The translations under genes were made by a program, and so were the position numbers. A stretch of DNA of 56,687 bases. Source: Alphaproteobacteria bacterium. GTDB lineage: Bacteria > Pseudomonadota > Alphaproteobacteria > SHWA01. Below the pieces are notes generated by a model. That model had not been told where the DNA came from and searched no databases. It saw only the letters and a program-made list of their open reading frames with translations. Numbering within the stretch: position 1 is the first letter of the stretch; each line of letters begins with the position of its first letter. Location of the stretch: contig SHWA01000004.1 in assembly GCA_009693995.1 (NCBI GenBank), forward strand, positions 1 through 56,687. The letters run 5' to 3'. Of this stretch, positions 1-10,546 are shown in pieces.

Positions 1-1096
1 GCACCCCCGCCTCGGCGAGGAGCACGTTCATGTGCCCCGGCATGCGTCCGGCCACCGGGTGGATGGCGAAGCGCACCTCGGCGCCGCGCTTCTCGACCAA
101 GTCGGCGAGCTCGCGCGCCTGATGCTGGGCCTGGGAGACGGCGAGGCCGTAGCCCGGCACCACCACCACCCGCTGCGCGTAGACCAGGCGCAGCGCCGCG
201 TCCTCGACGCTGATCGCCGCCATTTCGCCGCCGGCGGTGGCGCGTGATACGCCGGCGGCGGCCACCTCGGCGCTGCCGAAGGCACCGAACATGACGTTGC
301 CGAACGAGCGGTTCATGGCCCGGCTCATGAGCAGGGCGAGGACGAAGCCGCTGGCACCGTCGAGGGCGCCGGCGATGATCAAAATGTTGTTGTCGAGGGC
401 GAAGCCAGTCGCCGCCGCCGCCAGCCCGGCGTAGGAGTTGAGCAGCGCGATCACCACCGGCATGTCGGCGCCGCCGATCGGCACCACCATGAGCACGCCG
501 ATGGCGACGGAAAGCCCCAGCATGGCCCAGAACACCCAGGCCGCCTCCGGCTGCCAAACCAGATAGGCCAAGCCGCAGAGCACGATGCCGAACAGGACCA
601 GGTTGGAGGTGTTCTGATAGGGGTAGGTGAGCGGGCGCCCGGGCAGCAGCCCTTGCAGCTTGCCGAACGCCATCAGACTGCCCGTGACCGTGATGGCACC
701 GAACAGCACCTCGAAGCCGAGGGCCGCCATCTTGGCCGCGGAAATCGCGACGGTGCCGCCGACCACCGGCGCCTTGATGTATATGCCGACGCCGACCAGG
801 ATCGCCGCCAGCGCGCCGAACGCATGGGAGAACGCGATCCGCTGCGGCATCGCCGTCATCGGCACCCACATGCCCATGGGATAGCCCACGATCGCGCCGA
901 CGATCAGGCCGATCAGGATCCACTCGTAGGTGACGATCTCCTGGTGCGCCAGCGTGGCGAGGATCGCCAGCAGCATGCCGAGCATGGCGTAATGCATCCC
1001 CCGGCGCGCGGTCTCGGGCCGGCCGAGGCCGCGCAGCGCCAGGATGAACAGCACCGAGGCGGTGAGGTAGACGAGTTGGATCAGGGCTTCGGTCAT
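1..1096 (-). CDS. pntB: NAD(P) transhydrogenase subunit beta (runs off the window start)
   Basis: Manual translation: MTEALIQLVYL...PIGGADMPVVIALLNSYAG...VVVVPGYGLAV...FAIHPVAGRMPGHMNVLLAEA. Not in the ORF track because no stop lies in the window. Confidence 0.95.
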   Translation of the reverse strand, partial: MTEALIQLVYLTASVLFILALRGLGRPETARRGMHYAMLGMLLAILATLAHQEIVTYEWILIGLIVGAIVGYPMGMWVPMTAMPQRIAFSHAFGALAAILVGVGIYIKAPVVGGTVAISAAKMAALGFEVLFGAITVTGSLMAFGKLQGLLPGRPLTYPYQNTSNLVLFGIVLCGLAYLVWQPEAAWVFWAMLGLSVAIGVLMVVPIGGADMPVVIALLNSYAGLAAAATGFALDNNILIIAGALDGASGFVLALLMSRAMNRSFGNVMFGAFGSAEVAAAGVSRATAGGEMAAISVEDAALRLVYAQRVVVVPGYGLAVSQAQHQARELADLVEKRGAEVRFAIHPVAGRMPGHMNVLLAEAGV

Positions 1097-1147
1097 GGTC
1101 TCTTCCGATGGCGCGGCCGGGCGGCGGCGGGCGGGGTGGCGGCGGCG

Positions 1148-1441
1148 TCAGTCGGCGGGGGTCGAGCGCCGGAACATCTTCAACATACGGTCGGTGATCA
1201 GGAACCCGCCCACCACATTGGCCATGGCGCAGGCGGCGGCGACGGTGCCGAGCACGGTGGCGGCGATCCCCTTGTCGGCGCCGGCCAGCACCAGGGAGCC
1301 GACCAGCGAGATGCCCGAGATCGCGTTGGTCGCCGCCATCAGCGGGGTATGCAGCAGCGGCGGCACGCGGGTGATCGCCTGAAAGCCGACGAACCCGGCG
1401 AGCACGAACACGTAAAGCTGGATCAGCGCGGTGGCGGTCAA
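1148..1441 (-). CDS. pntAB: NAD(P) transhydrogenase subunit alpha, part 2 (membrane)
   Basis: LHTPLMAATNAISG and NVVGGFLITDRMLKMF motifs; TTG start after GGAGG. Confidence 0.93.
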   Translation of the reverse strand: MTATALIQLYVFVLAGFVGFQAITRVPPLLHTPLMAATNAISGISLVGSLVLAGADKGIAATVLGTVAAACAMANVVGGFLITDRMLKMFRRSTPAD

Positions 1442-1457
1442 GGGCGGACCTCCCGGA

Positions 1458-2565
1458 TCAGGCGACGGTGGGGGTGATGATCGCGCTCGGCTTGTGCCCG
1501 AGCAGGGCGACGGTGATCGGGTCGGTTTCGTCGAGGGCGATGCCACCCTCGCGCGACAAGTGGGTGAGCAGCGCGCGCATGTTGCCGCCAAAGAGCCGGC
1601 GGGCGTCGGTCGCGTGGGCGCTCGGCAGGTTGGTCGGGCCGAGGACCGTCACGCCTTCGTGCACCACCTCCGCGTCGGGCCGGGTCAGCGCGCAGTTGCC
1701 ACCGCCCTCGGCGGCCAGATCCACCAGGACGGCGCCGTTCGGCATCACCGCGACTCCCTTGGCCTCGATCAGACAGGGCGCCGGCCGGCCCGGCACCTGG
1801 GCCGTGGTGATCACCAGGTTCATCTCGGGCAGGTGCTCGGAGAGCGTGCGGATGGCGCTCGACTGCTCGTCTTCCGACTGCTCGTGGGCGTAACCGCCGG
1901 CGCCTTCGGCGTCGGGGGTCAGCCAATCCGGCTTGATGAAGGTCGCGCCCAGGCTCTCGATCTGCTCGCCGGCGGCGAGGCGGATGTCGAAGCCGAACAC
2001 CCGGGCGCCGAGGCGCCGCGCGGTCGCGACCGCCTGCAGGCCGGCGACGCCGGCGCCGACCACCAGGACCTTGGCAGGGCGCACCGTGCCGGCAGCCGTG
2101 CTCATCATCGGCATCAAGGTGCTGATGCGCGCACTTCCCAGCAGCACGGCGGCGTAGCCGGCGATGGTCGCCTGGGTGGACAGCACGTCCATTTCCTGGG
2201 CGCGCGAGATACGCGGCAGGCGCTCGAGGCCGAGATGGGTGATGCCCCGCTGCCGCACCCGTTCCTCGACCCGGGCGTCGCGGCCACCGAGCGAGATCAG
2301 GAGACAGCCTTCGGGGAGGAGCGCAAATTCCTGGTCGCTGGGTGCCCGCACCTTGAGCAGGGTCTCCGCCCGCTCCAGGACTGCGGGGACGCCCTGCACG
2401 ATCTCGGCCCCCGCCACCTGGTAGCCATGGTCGGAGAAGTGCGCGGCCGCGCCCGAGCCCTGCTGCACCACGACCCGCACCTTGCCGGCGAGCCGCTTGA
2501 CGTCGTTGGGTGAGAGCGCGCACCCGCCGCTCGCCCTCGCGCACCTCGGCGAGGACCCCGACCAC
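1458..2565 (-). CDS. pntAA: NAD(P) transhydrogenase subunit alpha, part 1, with a +1 frameshift near 2520
   Basis: N-terminus VGVLAEVREGERRV is in one frame; ALSPNDVKRL...LPRISRAQEMDVLST...GAGVAGL...DLAAEGGGNC is in another. Confidence 0.88.
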
Positions 2566-2679
2566 TCCGGGCTTAGACGATCACACCGCCCCCTTGTCCC
2601 CGATCACCGCAATCGACGGGCCGGCTGGTCCCCGTGGTGGCATGCGGCGGGACCTCTGCCGCTGACCGCTTCGGTGGAG

Positions 2680-2756
2680 TGGCGCGCCCGAGAGGATTTG
2701 AACCCCTAACCCCCAGATCCGTAGTCTGGTGCTCTATCCAATTGAGCTACGGGCGC
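2680..2756 (-). tRNA. tRNA-Arg(ACG)
   Basis: Reverse complement GCGCCCGTAGCTCAATTGGATAGAGCACCAGACTACGGATCTGGGGGTTAGGGGTTCAAATCCTCTCGGGCGCGCCA; cloverleaf with encoded CCA. Confidence 0.97.
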
Positions 2757-2810
2757 CCGACCAGACGACTGCCTCTGGCACCTGGTGGATCGACTCGAAC
2801 TTCGAGTGCC

Positions 2811-2872
2811 GTTCCCCCTTCGTCCCTACCCCGACGCCCCCCTTTGACGGGGGAGGGTAGGGAGGGGGGTAC
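2811..2872. repeat. C/G-rich palindromic REP-like element (family C, partial)
   Basis: CCCCCTTTGACGGGGGAGGGTAGGGAGGGGG hairpin plus tail; resembles the arms at 52909-53050. Confidence 0.6.
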
Positions 2873-3173
2873 CAATCAGCGAATCATTGGATCGTGTCAA
2901 TCCACTTGCGGCCCGGCGGCATCGGCGGACAGTAGCCAATTGCCACAACCGGTGGCAAGCAAGCGGCAGGGAATGCCATGTTATGCCGAAGCCATCATGG
3001 CGCTTGAGAGGGGGAATCGCATTGGCTACACTGTCGCACACTCTGACCCCCTGTTGGTTACGCTTCCGTAATAGCCATCAGAACAAGCCGTTACAACGAC
3101 ACGGGCTGATTCGATTGGCACTCTCCCGATGCGGGTCGCTCCGTCGGCACCCCAACCCATGCAGCGATCTGCC

Positions 3174-4334
3174 ATGAACGCATATCTTGCTCGCGTCACC
3201 GTTCTTGCGGCCGCTCTGCTGGCCGGCGGCTGCTCCGTGATCGACGACGACCTCTGGCCATCCATCTCCGAGCCGCCGGTGCGGGGCGCCAAGGGCAGGC
3301 CCGAGCGGGTCGAGATCGCCGCCGCCGCGAGCGAGCGCGCGGCCCAGCCGGCGAGCGCCGCGGTGGCACGGTCGGAACTGGCGGCGGCCGACGCGGCCGC
3401 GGCCGGCGGACCCACCCAGGTCGGCCTGAAGGCCGCCGAGCACCGGCGCGAGCTCGAGAAGCTGAAGGGTTCGGTCGACAGTCACCGCCGCGGCTATCAG
3501 GACCTGCGCGCCACGGCCGAGCAGAAGGCGCTGCGCTATCACGCGACGGTCGGCGCGATCAACGCGCGCCTGCAGGTGGGAACCACCCCGGGCAACCCGT
3601 CCCTGGTCAGCCAATGGAATACAGCTCAGGGCGAACTCGATCAGCTGCAGAACGACATCGCCGCCCTCAACATGGTGGCCAACGCCACCGCGGGCGACTC
3701 CGCCACCACCGCCTATCTGGTCGACTCCGTGCGCGCGACCTACCAGCTCACGGGCGCGATCGACGAGGATCACCGTCAGCTCGCCCTGGTCGAGGACGAC
3801 GTGAACCGGCAGGCGGTGACCATCGACCGCCTGCTCGACGAGGTCACCGACACGGTCAATCGCCAGACCACCTACGTCAACGCCGAGCGGCGCAACCTGG
3901 TCACCCTCGCCCGCGCCATCAAGACCGGCGAGGCGTTCGGGGCCAGCCTTGCCAACCGCCCCTTGGCGCCGAGTGCCGCGGCGCCGGCCAGCCTGCCGGC
4001 CAGTGGCTCAGCCCGGGCGCTCGCCGGCGAGTCGCGCCAGCCGCTGGTGGTGATCCGCTTCGACCGCCCCGACGTCCCGTACGAGCAGGCGCTCTACGCG
4101 GCGATCAGCCGGGCGCTCGAGGACCGGCCCGAGTCGATCTTCGACCTGGTCGCGGTCGCGCCCGGCCAAGGTTCGGCCTCGCAGATCGCACTCAACACCA
4201 GCCGCGCCAAGAAGCATGCCCAAGACGTGATGCGCACGCTCTCCGACATGGGCCTGCCGGCCCAGCGCGTGTCGCTGTCGGCATCGACCAGCACCGAGGC
4301 GCAGGTGAGCGAGGTCCGCATCTACATTCGCTGA
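3174..4334 (+). CDS. Hypothetical lipoprotein, coiled-coil rich
   Basis: Signal peptide with lipobox LAGGC; helical core; C-terminal PLVVIRFDRPDVPYEQALY domain. Confidence 0.8.
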   Translation: MNAYLARVTVLAAALLAGGCSVIDDDLWPSISEPPVRGAKGRPERVEIAAAASERAAQPASAAVARSELAAADAAAAGGPTQVGLKAAEHRRELEKLKGSVDSHRRGYQDLRATAEQKALRYHATVGAINARLQVGTTPGNPSLVSQWNTAQGELDQLQNDIAALNMVANATAGDSATTAYLVDSVRATYQLTGAIDEDHRQLALVEDDVNRQAVTIDRLLDEVTDTVNRQTTYVNAERRNLVTLARAIKTGEAFGASLANRPLAPSAAAPASLPASGSARALAGESRQPLVVIRFDRPDVPYEQALYAAISRALEDRPESIFDLVAVAPGQGSASQIALNTSRAKKHAQDVMRTLSDMGLPAQRVSLSASTSTEAQVSEVRIYIR

Positions 4335-4365
4335 CGGCAGGCATCCCTGCCGGGAGGGCCTGAGG

Positions 4366-4800
4366 ATGCTGCACCGAATTCGCACCCTGCTGCTGGCCGG
4401 GTTCCTGTTCCTGCCCGCCGTCGCCCTGGCCCAGGCTGTGGACTTGTCCACCGATGACCGGGTCGCCATCCGCCAGATCATTACGCGCCAGATCGACGCC
4501 TTCCGCCGCGACGCCGGCGAAGAGGCCTTCGCCTACGCCGCGCCCGGCATCCGCGCTACCTTCATGTCCGCTGACATATTCATGGCGATGGTGCAGAGCG
4601 CCTACCAGGCGGTCTACCGGCCGCGCTCGGTCCAGTTCGAAGAGATCATCGATTTCTACGGGCGCCCGGCGCAGCGGGTGCACCTGATCGGCCCCGACGG
4701 CATTCCGGTGATCGCGGTCTATCCCATGGAACGCCAGCCGGACGGGAGCTGGCTGATCGCCGGCTGCTACCTGATCCCGACCGACGCCCGCTCCACCTGA
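4366..4800 (+). CDS. DUF4864-family secreted protein
   Basis: Signal peptide; QIDAFRRDAGEEAFAYAAPGIR...FMAMVQSAY...YPMERQPDGSWLIAGC. Confidence 0.8.
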   Translation: MLHRIRTLLLAGFLFLPAVALAQAVDLSTDDRVAIRQIITRQIDAFRRDAGEEAFAYAAPGIRATFMSADIFMAMVQSAYQAVYRPRSVQFEEIIDFYGRPAQRVHLIGPDGIPVIAVYPMERQPDGSWLIAGCYLIPTDARST

Positions 4801-4822
4801 GACCGATCGGCGCGGCCGCGCC

Positions 4823-6130
4823 TCAACCGACCAGCCGATAGAGGCGGAGCGCGGCCAGCGCCATGACCTTGGCCGCGTTCACCATGTCCTCGACCACCAC
4901 GTACTCGTCGGGCTGGTGGGCGAGTTCCAGGATGCCGGGACCATAGGCGACGCAATCGTGCAGGTGGCCGATGCGGGCGATGTGCTTCTGGTCGTAGGTG
5001 CCGGGAGATGCCACCAGCGCGGCCGGGCGCCCCAGCACCGCCTGGACCGCGAAGGCGAGCGCCTGCACCACCGGTGCGTCGGCCGCGGTCAAGGTCGGCA
5101 GGAAGGTCATGATCTCGCGCACCTGGTAGTCGATTCCCGGCCACTCCCGCGCCACCGCGTCGAGCAGCGCCATGATCTCGGCCTTGACGTCCTCCAGTCG
5201 CTCCTCGATCAGGAAACGGCGGTCGAGCACCAGGCGGCAGCGGTCGGCGACCAGCGCCGGCGGATAGCCGCCCATCCCCTCCGCGACGCCGCCATGGATG
5301 GCGTTCACGTTGAGCGTCGAGGCGCGCGCCCCCGGCGGGATCACCGGCATCTGCGTCAGGCGCCGGCCGAGGGCCGGCAGCAGCTCGCGCTCGACCTTGG
5401 CCAGGAAGGCGGCGGCGGCGCGGATCGCGCTCACCCCCAGGAACGGCATGGAGCCGTGGGCGATGCGGCCGGTGAAGGCGACTTCCGCCCACCATACCCC
5501 GCGGTGGCCGAGGCAGATGCCGTCCACGTTCAGCGGCTCGGGGATGATGACGTGGTCGACGCGCGGGCGCGAGAACAGCCCCTGCTCCGCCATCCACCCG
5601 ACCCCGGCGAAGCCGCCGGTCTCTTCGTCCACGGTCCCCGAGACCTCGACCGCGCCCGGTAGCGCGATGCCGGCCGCGAGCAACCCTTCGACCGCGATCA
5701 CCGCCGCGGCGATGCCGCCCTTCATGTCGCAGGCGCCACGGCCGTAGAGCCGGCCGTCCCGGACGGTGCCGGCGAAGGGATCCACGCTCCAGCCGGCACC
5801 GGGCTCGACCACGTCGATGTGGCCGTTGAAATGGACGCAGGGGCCGGGCCGCACACCCTCGCGCCGCGCAAGAACATTGAGGCGCGGATGGCGCGGATCA
5901 TCGCCGGGCGCCCCCTCGGCATGCAGGTAACGTACCTCGAAGCCGCGCCGGCGCAGCCGCTCGCCGAGCGCCTCGGCGCACACCCGGTAGGCATCCCCCG
6001 GCGGGTTGATGGTCGGGATGCGCACCAACTCCCGGGTCAGGGCCACCAGATCGTCGCGCCCCGAGTCGATCCGGGCGAAGACCTGCTCGACCAGAGTGGC
6101 GGTCGGCGTGGGCGGGGGTGTGTGGGGCAT
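4823..6130 (-). CDS. M20 family metallopeptidase (ArgE/DapE-like)
   Basis: FNGHIDVV, GRGACDMKGG, DEE and AHQPDE motifs. Confidence 0.92.
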   Translation of the reverse strand: MPHTPPPTPTATLVEQVFARIDSGRDDLVALTRELVRIPTINPPGDAYRVCAEALGERLRRRGFEVRYLHAEGAPGDDPRHPRLNVLARREGVRPGPCVHFNGHIDVVEPGAGWSVDPFAGTVRDGRLYGRGACDMKGGIAAAVIAVEGLLAAGIALPGAVEVSGTVDEETGGFAGVGWMAEQGLFSRPRVDHVIIPEPLNVDGICLGHRGVWWAEVAFTGRIAHGSMPFLGVSAIRAAAAFLAKVERELLPALGRRLTQMPVIPPGARASTLNVNAIHGGVAEGMGGYPPALVADRCRLVLDRRFLIEERLEDVKAEIMALLDAVAREWPGIDYQVREIMTFLPTLTAADAPVVQALAFAVQAVLGRPAALVASPGTYDQKHIARIGHLHDCVAYGPGILELAHQPDEYVVVEDMVNAAKVMALAALRLYRLVG

Positions 6131-6214
6131 GGCCTCACGCTAGCGGCCGCAGGCGGCGCGGGTCAACGGTGGGTGCTTGGCAGCGGATGCGAGCGTGGTA
6201 GTGTCGCGCCTCCC

Positions 6215-7423
6215 ATGCGCAACCCGATCCCCCTCGCCGCGGACCGCCCGCGCGTCCGCCTCCTGCCCGAGCACGACCGCCGGGTCGCCGGCGGCTTCCC
6301 CTGGGCCTTCTCCAACGAGGTCGCCATGGACGCCGCGACCAAGGCGCTGCCGCCCGGCGGCCTGGTGGTGCTGGAGACGGCGCGGGGCGCACCGGTCGGT
6401 GTCGCCATGTTCAATCCCCATTCGCTGATCGCGGCGCGACTGCTGGCGCCCGAGATCGACGCCGTCATCGACGCCGACTTTCTCGCCGCCCGGTTGCAGA
6501 CGGCCCTCGCGCTCCGCGCGAGGCTCTACGCCCTGCCCTATTACCGGCTGGTCCATGCCGAGGCCGACGGTCTGCCCGGACTGATCGTGGATCGCTATGG
6601 CGACGTGGTCGTGTGCCAGATCAACAGCGCCGGCATGGAGCGGCTGCGGGGCGAGGTGCAGGCGGCGCTCCAGGGCGTGCTGGCGCCGCGCGCACTGGTG
6701 CTGCGGGCCGACCGGCCAGTGCGGGCACTGGAAGGACTGGCCGACGAGGACGACGCGATTTTGGGCGAACTCGACAATCCCGTCGCCCTGGTCGAGAACG
6801 GCGCGCGCTTCCGGGCCGACGTCCTCGGCGGACAGAAGACCGGCTGGTTCTTCGATCACCGCGATAACCGCGCGTTCATCGCTCCGCTCTGCCGGGGCGG
6901 GCGCGTGCTCGACCTCTACGGCTATACCGGCGGCTTCGCCGTACAGGCGGCCATGGCCGGCGCGACCGAGGTCTTGGCCATCGACCGCTCCGAGCCGGCC
7001 CTCGCCCTGGCGGCGCAGGCCGCGACCGAGAACGGAGTCGCCCCGCGCTGCCGCTTCGAGCGCGGCGAGGTGTTCGGCGCGCTTGAGCGGCTGGCCGCCG
7101 CGAGCGAGCGCTTCGACGTGGTGATCGCCGACCCGCCGGCCTTCGTGAAATCGCGCAAGGAACTGAACGCGGGCGCCCGCGGCTACCGCAAGCTGGCGCG
7201 GGGCGCCGCGCGCCTGGTGGCATCGGGCGGCCTGTTGCTGATCGCCTCATGCTCGCACCTGGTTGACATGGCGACCTTCGGCGAGGAGGTGCGCCGCGGC
7301 CTGCGTGACGTCCGCCGCGCCGGGCGCATCATTCGCAGCGGCGGCGCCGGGCCCGATCATCCGATCCACCCGGCGCTCGCCGCCTCCGCCTACCTCAAGT
7401 GCCTGGTGCTGGCGCTGGACTAG
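6215..7423 (+). CDS. RlmI-type class I SAM-dependent rRNA methyltransferase
   Basis: PUA-like start (PWAFSNE), RLVHAEADGLPGL, GQKTGWFFDHRDNR, DPPAF. Confidence 0.9.
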   Translation: MRNPIPLAADRPRVRLLPEHDRRVAGGFPWAFSNEVAMDAATKALPPGGLVVLETARGAPVGVAMFNPHSLIAARLLAPEIDAVIDADFLAARLQTALALRARLYALPYYRLVHAEADGLPGLIVDRYGDVVVCQINSAGMERLRGEVQAALQGVLAPRALVLRADRPVRALEGLADEDDAILGELDNPVALVENGARFRADVLGGQKTGWFFDHRDNRAFIAPLCRGGRVLDLYGYTGGFAVQAAMAGATEVLAIDRSEPALALAAQAATENGVAPRCRFERGEVFGALERLAAASERFDVVIADPPAFVKSRKELNAGARGYRKLARGAARLVASGGLLLIASCSHLVDMATFGEEVRRGLRDVRRAGRIIRSGGAGPDHPIHPALAASAYLKCLVLALD

Positions 7424-8814
7424 GTCAGGGGGCTCGGCAGCTCGACCTGGAACGTGGTGCCGGTCGCGTCCGAGCGCAGCAGGCGCACCTCGCCGCCGTG
7501 CGCCCGGGCGAGATCGCGGGCGATCGGCAGCCCGAGGCCGCTGCCGCCGAGCCGGGCCGAGCCGGCGAAGGGCTTGAACAGGTTCTCGCGCGCCTTCGGC
7601 GGCAGGCCGGCGCCGCTGTCACTCACGTCGATCTGCACAACCTCGCCCTCGCGTCGGGCGGAAATGGCGAGGCGGCCGCTGCCATTCATGGCCTGGGCGG
7701 CATTGCGCGCCAGATTGGCGATGATTCGGTGCACCAGGTCGCGGTCGGCGAGGAGACGCAACGTGGGTGCCACGTCGATCCGCCAGTCGACGCCGTTCAC
7801 GGCCGGTCGCAATCCGGCCCGGACCTCATCCACCACCGGCAACAGGGCGAACCAGTCGCGCCCGGGCTCCGGCGTCTCGGCGCGCACATAGTCGAGGGTC
7901 TTGGCGCACAGCGTCGCCGCCCGATCGATGGCGTTGATCAGGATCGGCGCGGCGCGGCGCACGGCGGGATCGCTGCTATTCACCAGGCGGTCGGATTCGA
8001 GCACCGCGCTCTGCAGCATGTTGCGCAGATCATGGTTGATCTTGCTGACCGCCTCGCCCACGCCGGCGAGCCGCTCCTTCTGGTCGAGCATGGCGCGGAC
8101 GCTGCGTTGCAGCGAGGCGAGCTCGCGCTGCAGGACCCCGATCTCGTCCTGCCGGTCGCTGATCGGAACCACGCGCCGCGCATCCCCGGGCGCGGCCGAG
8201 AACGCGGTCAGGTTCTCGACGATGCGGCGCATGGGCCGCACCATGAGCCACTGCAGGCTGAGATAGACCAGCGCCGCCGAGATCAGCGAAAGCATCATGG
8301 AGAGCGTGAAAATGCGCCACGAGTACGCCAGCATCTCGCGCCGGAGAACGGTTTCGTCGAGGATGATCTCGACCGTGGTCTCAGCGTCCAGCGGGGCGGT
8401 CCCGGTGACCCGGATCACGCGACCCTCGCCCGCGAGCAAGGTGACGAACGCGTCGCGTGCGAGACCAGCCGGCGTCACCGCATTCAGGTCGAAGGACGCA
8501 TCGATCGGCGGCGGCTCGCCGAACAGCAGATAGCTGGCGTCGCGCCGGCGCAGCGCGATCGCCATCACCCGCGCGTGGCGGATCATGCCGTGCTCGAGCA
8601 CCGGCAAGAGCTCGGATGGCGGCATCGCCTCGGTCACCAGGCTCGCCTGATGCGCCGAGGCGATGCGCTGCTCCAGGTAGGCCTGGCGGTGGCGGGCGAT
8701 GGAGGGAACATAGATCAGCACCTCGCCCAGCATCACGAACAGAATCGTGAGCACGAGCAGCCGTGCGGACAGGCTCCTGAATATGGCCGCGATCCCGGGC
8801 GTGTTCCGCTGCAT
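7420..8814 (-). CDS. HAMP-domain sensor histidine kinase (no adjacent response regulator)
   Basis: Two TM segments, HAMP (RQDEIG), H-box INHDLRN, N-box NLARNA, DSGAG, GSGLGL. Confidence 0.92.
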   Translation of the reverse strand: MQRNTPGIAAIFRSLSARLLVLTILFVMLGEVLIYVPSIARHRQAYLEQRIASAHQASLVTEAMPPSELLPVLEHGMIRHARVMAIALRRRDASYLLFGEPPPIDASFDLNAVTPAGLARDAFVTLLAGEGRVIRVTGTAPLDAETTVEIILDETVLRREMLAYSWRIFTLSMMLSLISAALVYLSLQWLMVRPMRRIVENLTAFSAAPGDARRVVPISDRQDEIGVLQRELASLQRSVRAMLDQKERLAGVGEAVSKINHDLRNMLQSAVLESDRLVNSSDPAVRRAAPILINAIDRAATLCAKTLDYVRAETPEPGRDWFALLPVVDEVRAGLRPAVNGVDWRIDVAPTLRLLADRDLVHRIIANLARNAAQAMNGSGRLAISARREGEVVQIDVSDSGAGLPPKARENLFKPFAGSARLGGSGLGLPIARDLARAHGGEVRLLRSDATGTTFQVELPSPLT

Positions 8815-8869
8815 GGGTGGAACTCTAGAACAGTCCGGCAACGCGAAACCAGCGCCAGACTGGCGGCTC

Positions 8870-10297
8870 TCAGGGGAAACGCAGCAGGAAGCGGACCAGG
8901 CGCCGCGTGCGGTCGCCGAACAACGCCGGTGTGAAGTAACTGCCGGCCGCCCGTTTGCTGATCTCCGCCAAGGTCGGGTAGGGCGTGATGAGGGAGGCCA
9001 TCGCCGCGATCGGCAGCCGCCGTGCGATCATCAGGCACCAGGGTTGGATCAGCTCGCCCGCGTGTGCGCCGACGATGCCGGCACCCAGCACCCGGCCGCG
9101 CGGCGTGGTGATCACCTTCACCAGGCCAGCGGTGGCGCGCTCGGCCCGGGCCCGGTCGTTGTCGCCGTACGGCCAGCGCAGCACGCGGATAGCGCCATGC
9201 CGCGCGCGCGCGGTGGCCTCGGTCAGCCCCACCTGGGCGAGCTCGGGATCGGTGAAGGTGACCCAGGGGACCGCGCTGTCATCGACCCTGGCCGGCAAGC
9301 GGAACAGCAGGTTCCGCATCACGATGCCGGCGTGGTAGGCGGCCATGTGCGTGAACTGATGGCTGCCCACGACGTCGCCGATGGCGTAGGCGCGGCGATT
9401 GGTGGTGCGCAGGCGTCGATCGACCTGAATGCCGCGCGCGCTGTAGGCGATCCCCGCCGCCTCCAGCCCGAGCCCGGCGACGGTGGCGGCACGGCCGGCC
9501 GCCACCAGCAGATGGCTGCCCGAGAGGGTGCGCGCGCCGTCTGGTCCGGTGACGCGGACCGCAACGCCCCCGCCCGACGCGGCGGCGACCGCATCGACCC
9601 GGGTGCGCTCCAGGATTTCGATCCCCTCGCGGCGCAAAGCCGTGAGCGCGACCTCGGCCAGTTCCGGGTCGTCCTTGGCCAGGGCGGCGGCCATCTCGAC
9701 CACGGTCACACGGGCACCGAGCCGCCGGTGCGCCTGGGCCATCTCCAGGCCGACGGGGCCGCCGCCGACGACGATCAGATGCGCCGGGCACACCCGATTT
9801 TCGAACACGGTCTCGTTGGTGAGATAGGGGACCGCCGCCAAGCCGGGGATCGGCGGCACCAGCGGGCGCGAGCCGGTCGCGATCACGAACCGCCGCGCGC
9901 GGACCACGCTCTCGCCCGCCTGTACCGCATCGGCGGCGATGAACGCGGCATGGGCACGGATCACGCGCACACCCAGCGCGGCGAACCGCGCTTCCGAATC
10001 GTGCGGGGTGATCGACTGGATCACCTCCTGCACATGGTCCTGGACGCCGCCGAAGCGCACCCTGGGCGGCCCGCCGTCCAGGCCGAAGGGTGCGGCGCTC
10101 TCCTGGGCGTGGGCGCGGTGCGCCGCCGCCAGCATCGCCTTGGACGGTACGCAGCCATAATTGAGGCAGTCGCCGCCCATCCGCGCAGCCTCGATCAGGA
10201 CCACGTCGGCTCCCATCTGGCTGGCACCAGCCGCGACCGACAGGCCGCCGGAGCCCGCGCCGATGACACAGATGTCCGCCCGCACCTGATTCGCCAT
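8870..10297 (-). CDS. Pyridine nucleotide-disulfide oxidoreductase (Lpd/MerA-like)
   Basis: IGAGSGG, GGDCLNYGCVPSK redox disulfide, GGGPVG; no MerA C-terminal Cys pair. Confidence 0.9.
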   Translation of the reverse strand: MANQVRADICVIGAGSGGLSVAAGASQMGADVVLIEAARMGGDCLNYGCVPSKAMLAAAHRAHAQESAAPFGLDGGPPRVRFGGVQDHVQEVIQSITPHDSEARFAALGVRVIRAHAAFIAADAVQAGESVVRARRFVIATGSRPLVPPIPGLAAVPYLTNETVFENRVCPAHLIVVGGGPVGLEMAQAHRRLGARVTVVEMAAALAKDDPELAEVALTALRREGIEILERTRVDAVAAASGGGVAVRVTGPDGARTLSGSHLLVAAGRAATVAGLGLEAAGIAYSARGIQVDRRLRTTNRRAYAIGDVVGSHQFTHMAAYHAGIVMRNLLFRLPARVDDSAVPWVTFTDPELAQVGLTEATARARHGAIRVLRWPYGDNDRARAERATAGLVKVITTPRGRVLGAGIVGAHAGELIQPWCLMIARRLPIAAMASLITPYPTLAEISKRAAGSYFTPALFGDRTRRLVRFLLRFP

Positions 10298-10546
10298 GGA
10301 CCCGTCCCTCTCGCCCTGCGCCCGCCTGGTTGGGAACTATCGCCGCTGGCTAAGTACCGCCACCAATCACGGTTGCACACGTACCCGTGTGACGGTGGTC
10401 GCGGCCCGGATGCGTTGGTGCGGGGTAACACGGCGCATAGTTGACCATTGCTTAAAGCCGGCGTCGGCACAATGGCGCCCGGCCTGCTAGAATTTGGGTT
10501 GGCATGGTGCCGGGTCGCGCTCCGCGCCCGCCACCGGAGGTCGCGA

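Noticed and set aside
3115-3141. TTGGCACTC as a CIRCE or sigma54 site
   Set aside because: The second CIRCE half-site is absent and the -12 GC spacing is wrong.
8870-10297. Mercuric reductase merA
   Set aside because: No C-terminal Cys-Cys pair, no NmerA domain and no mer operon.
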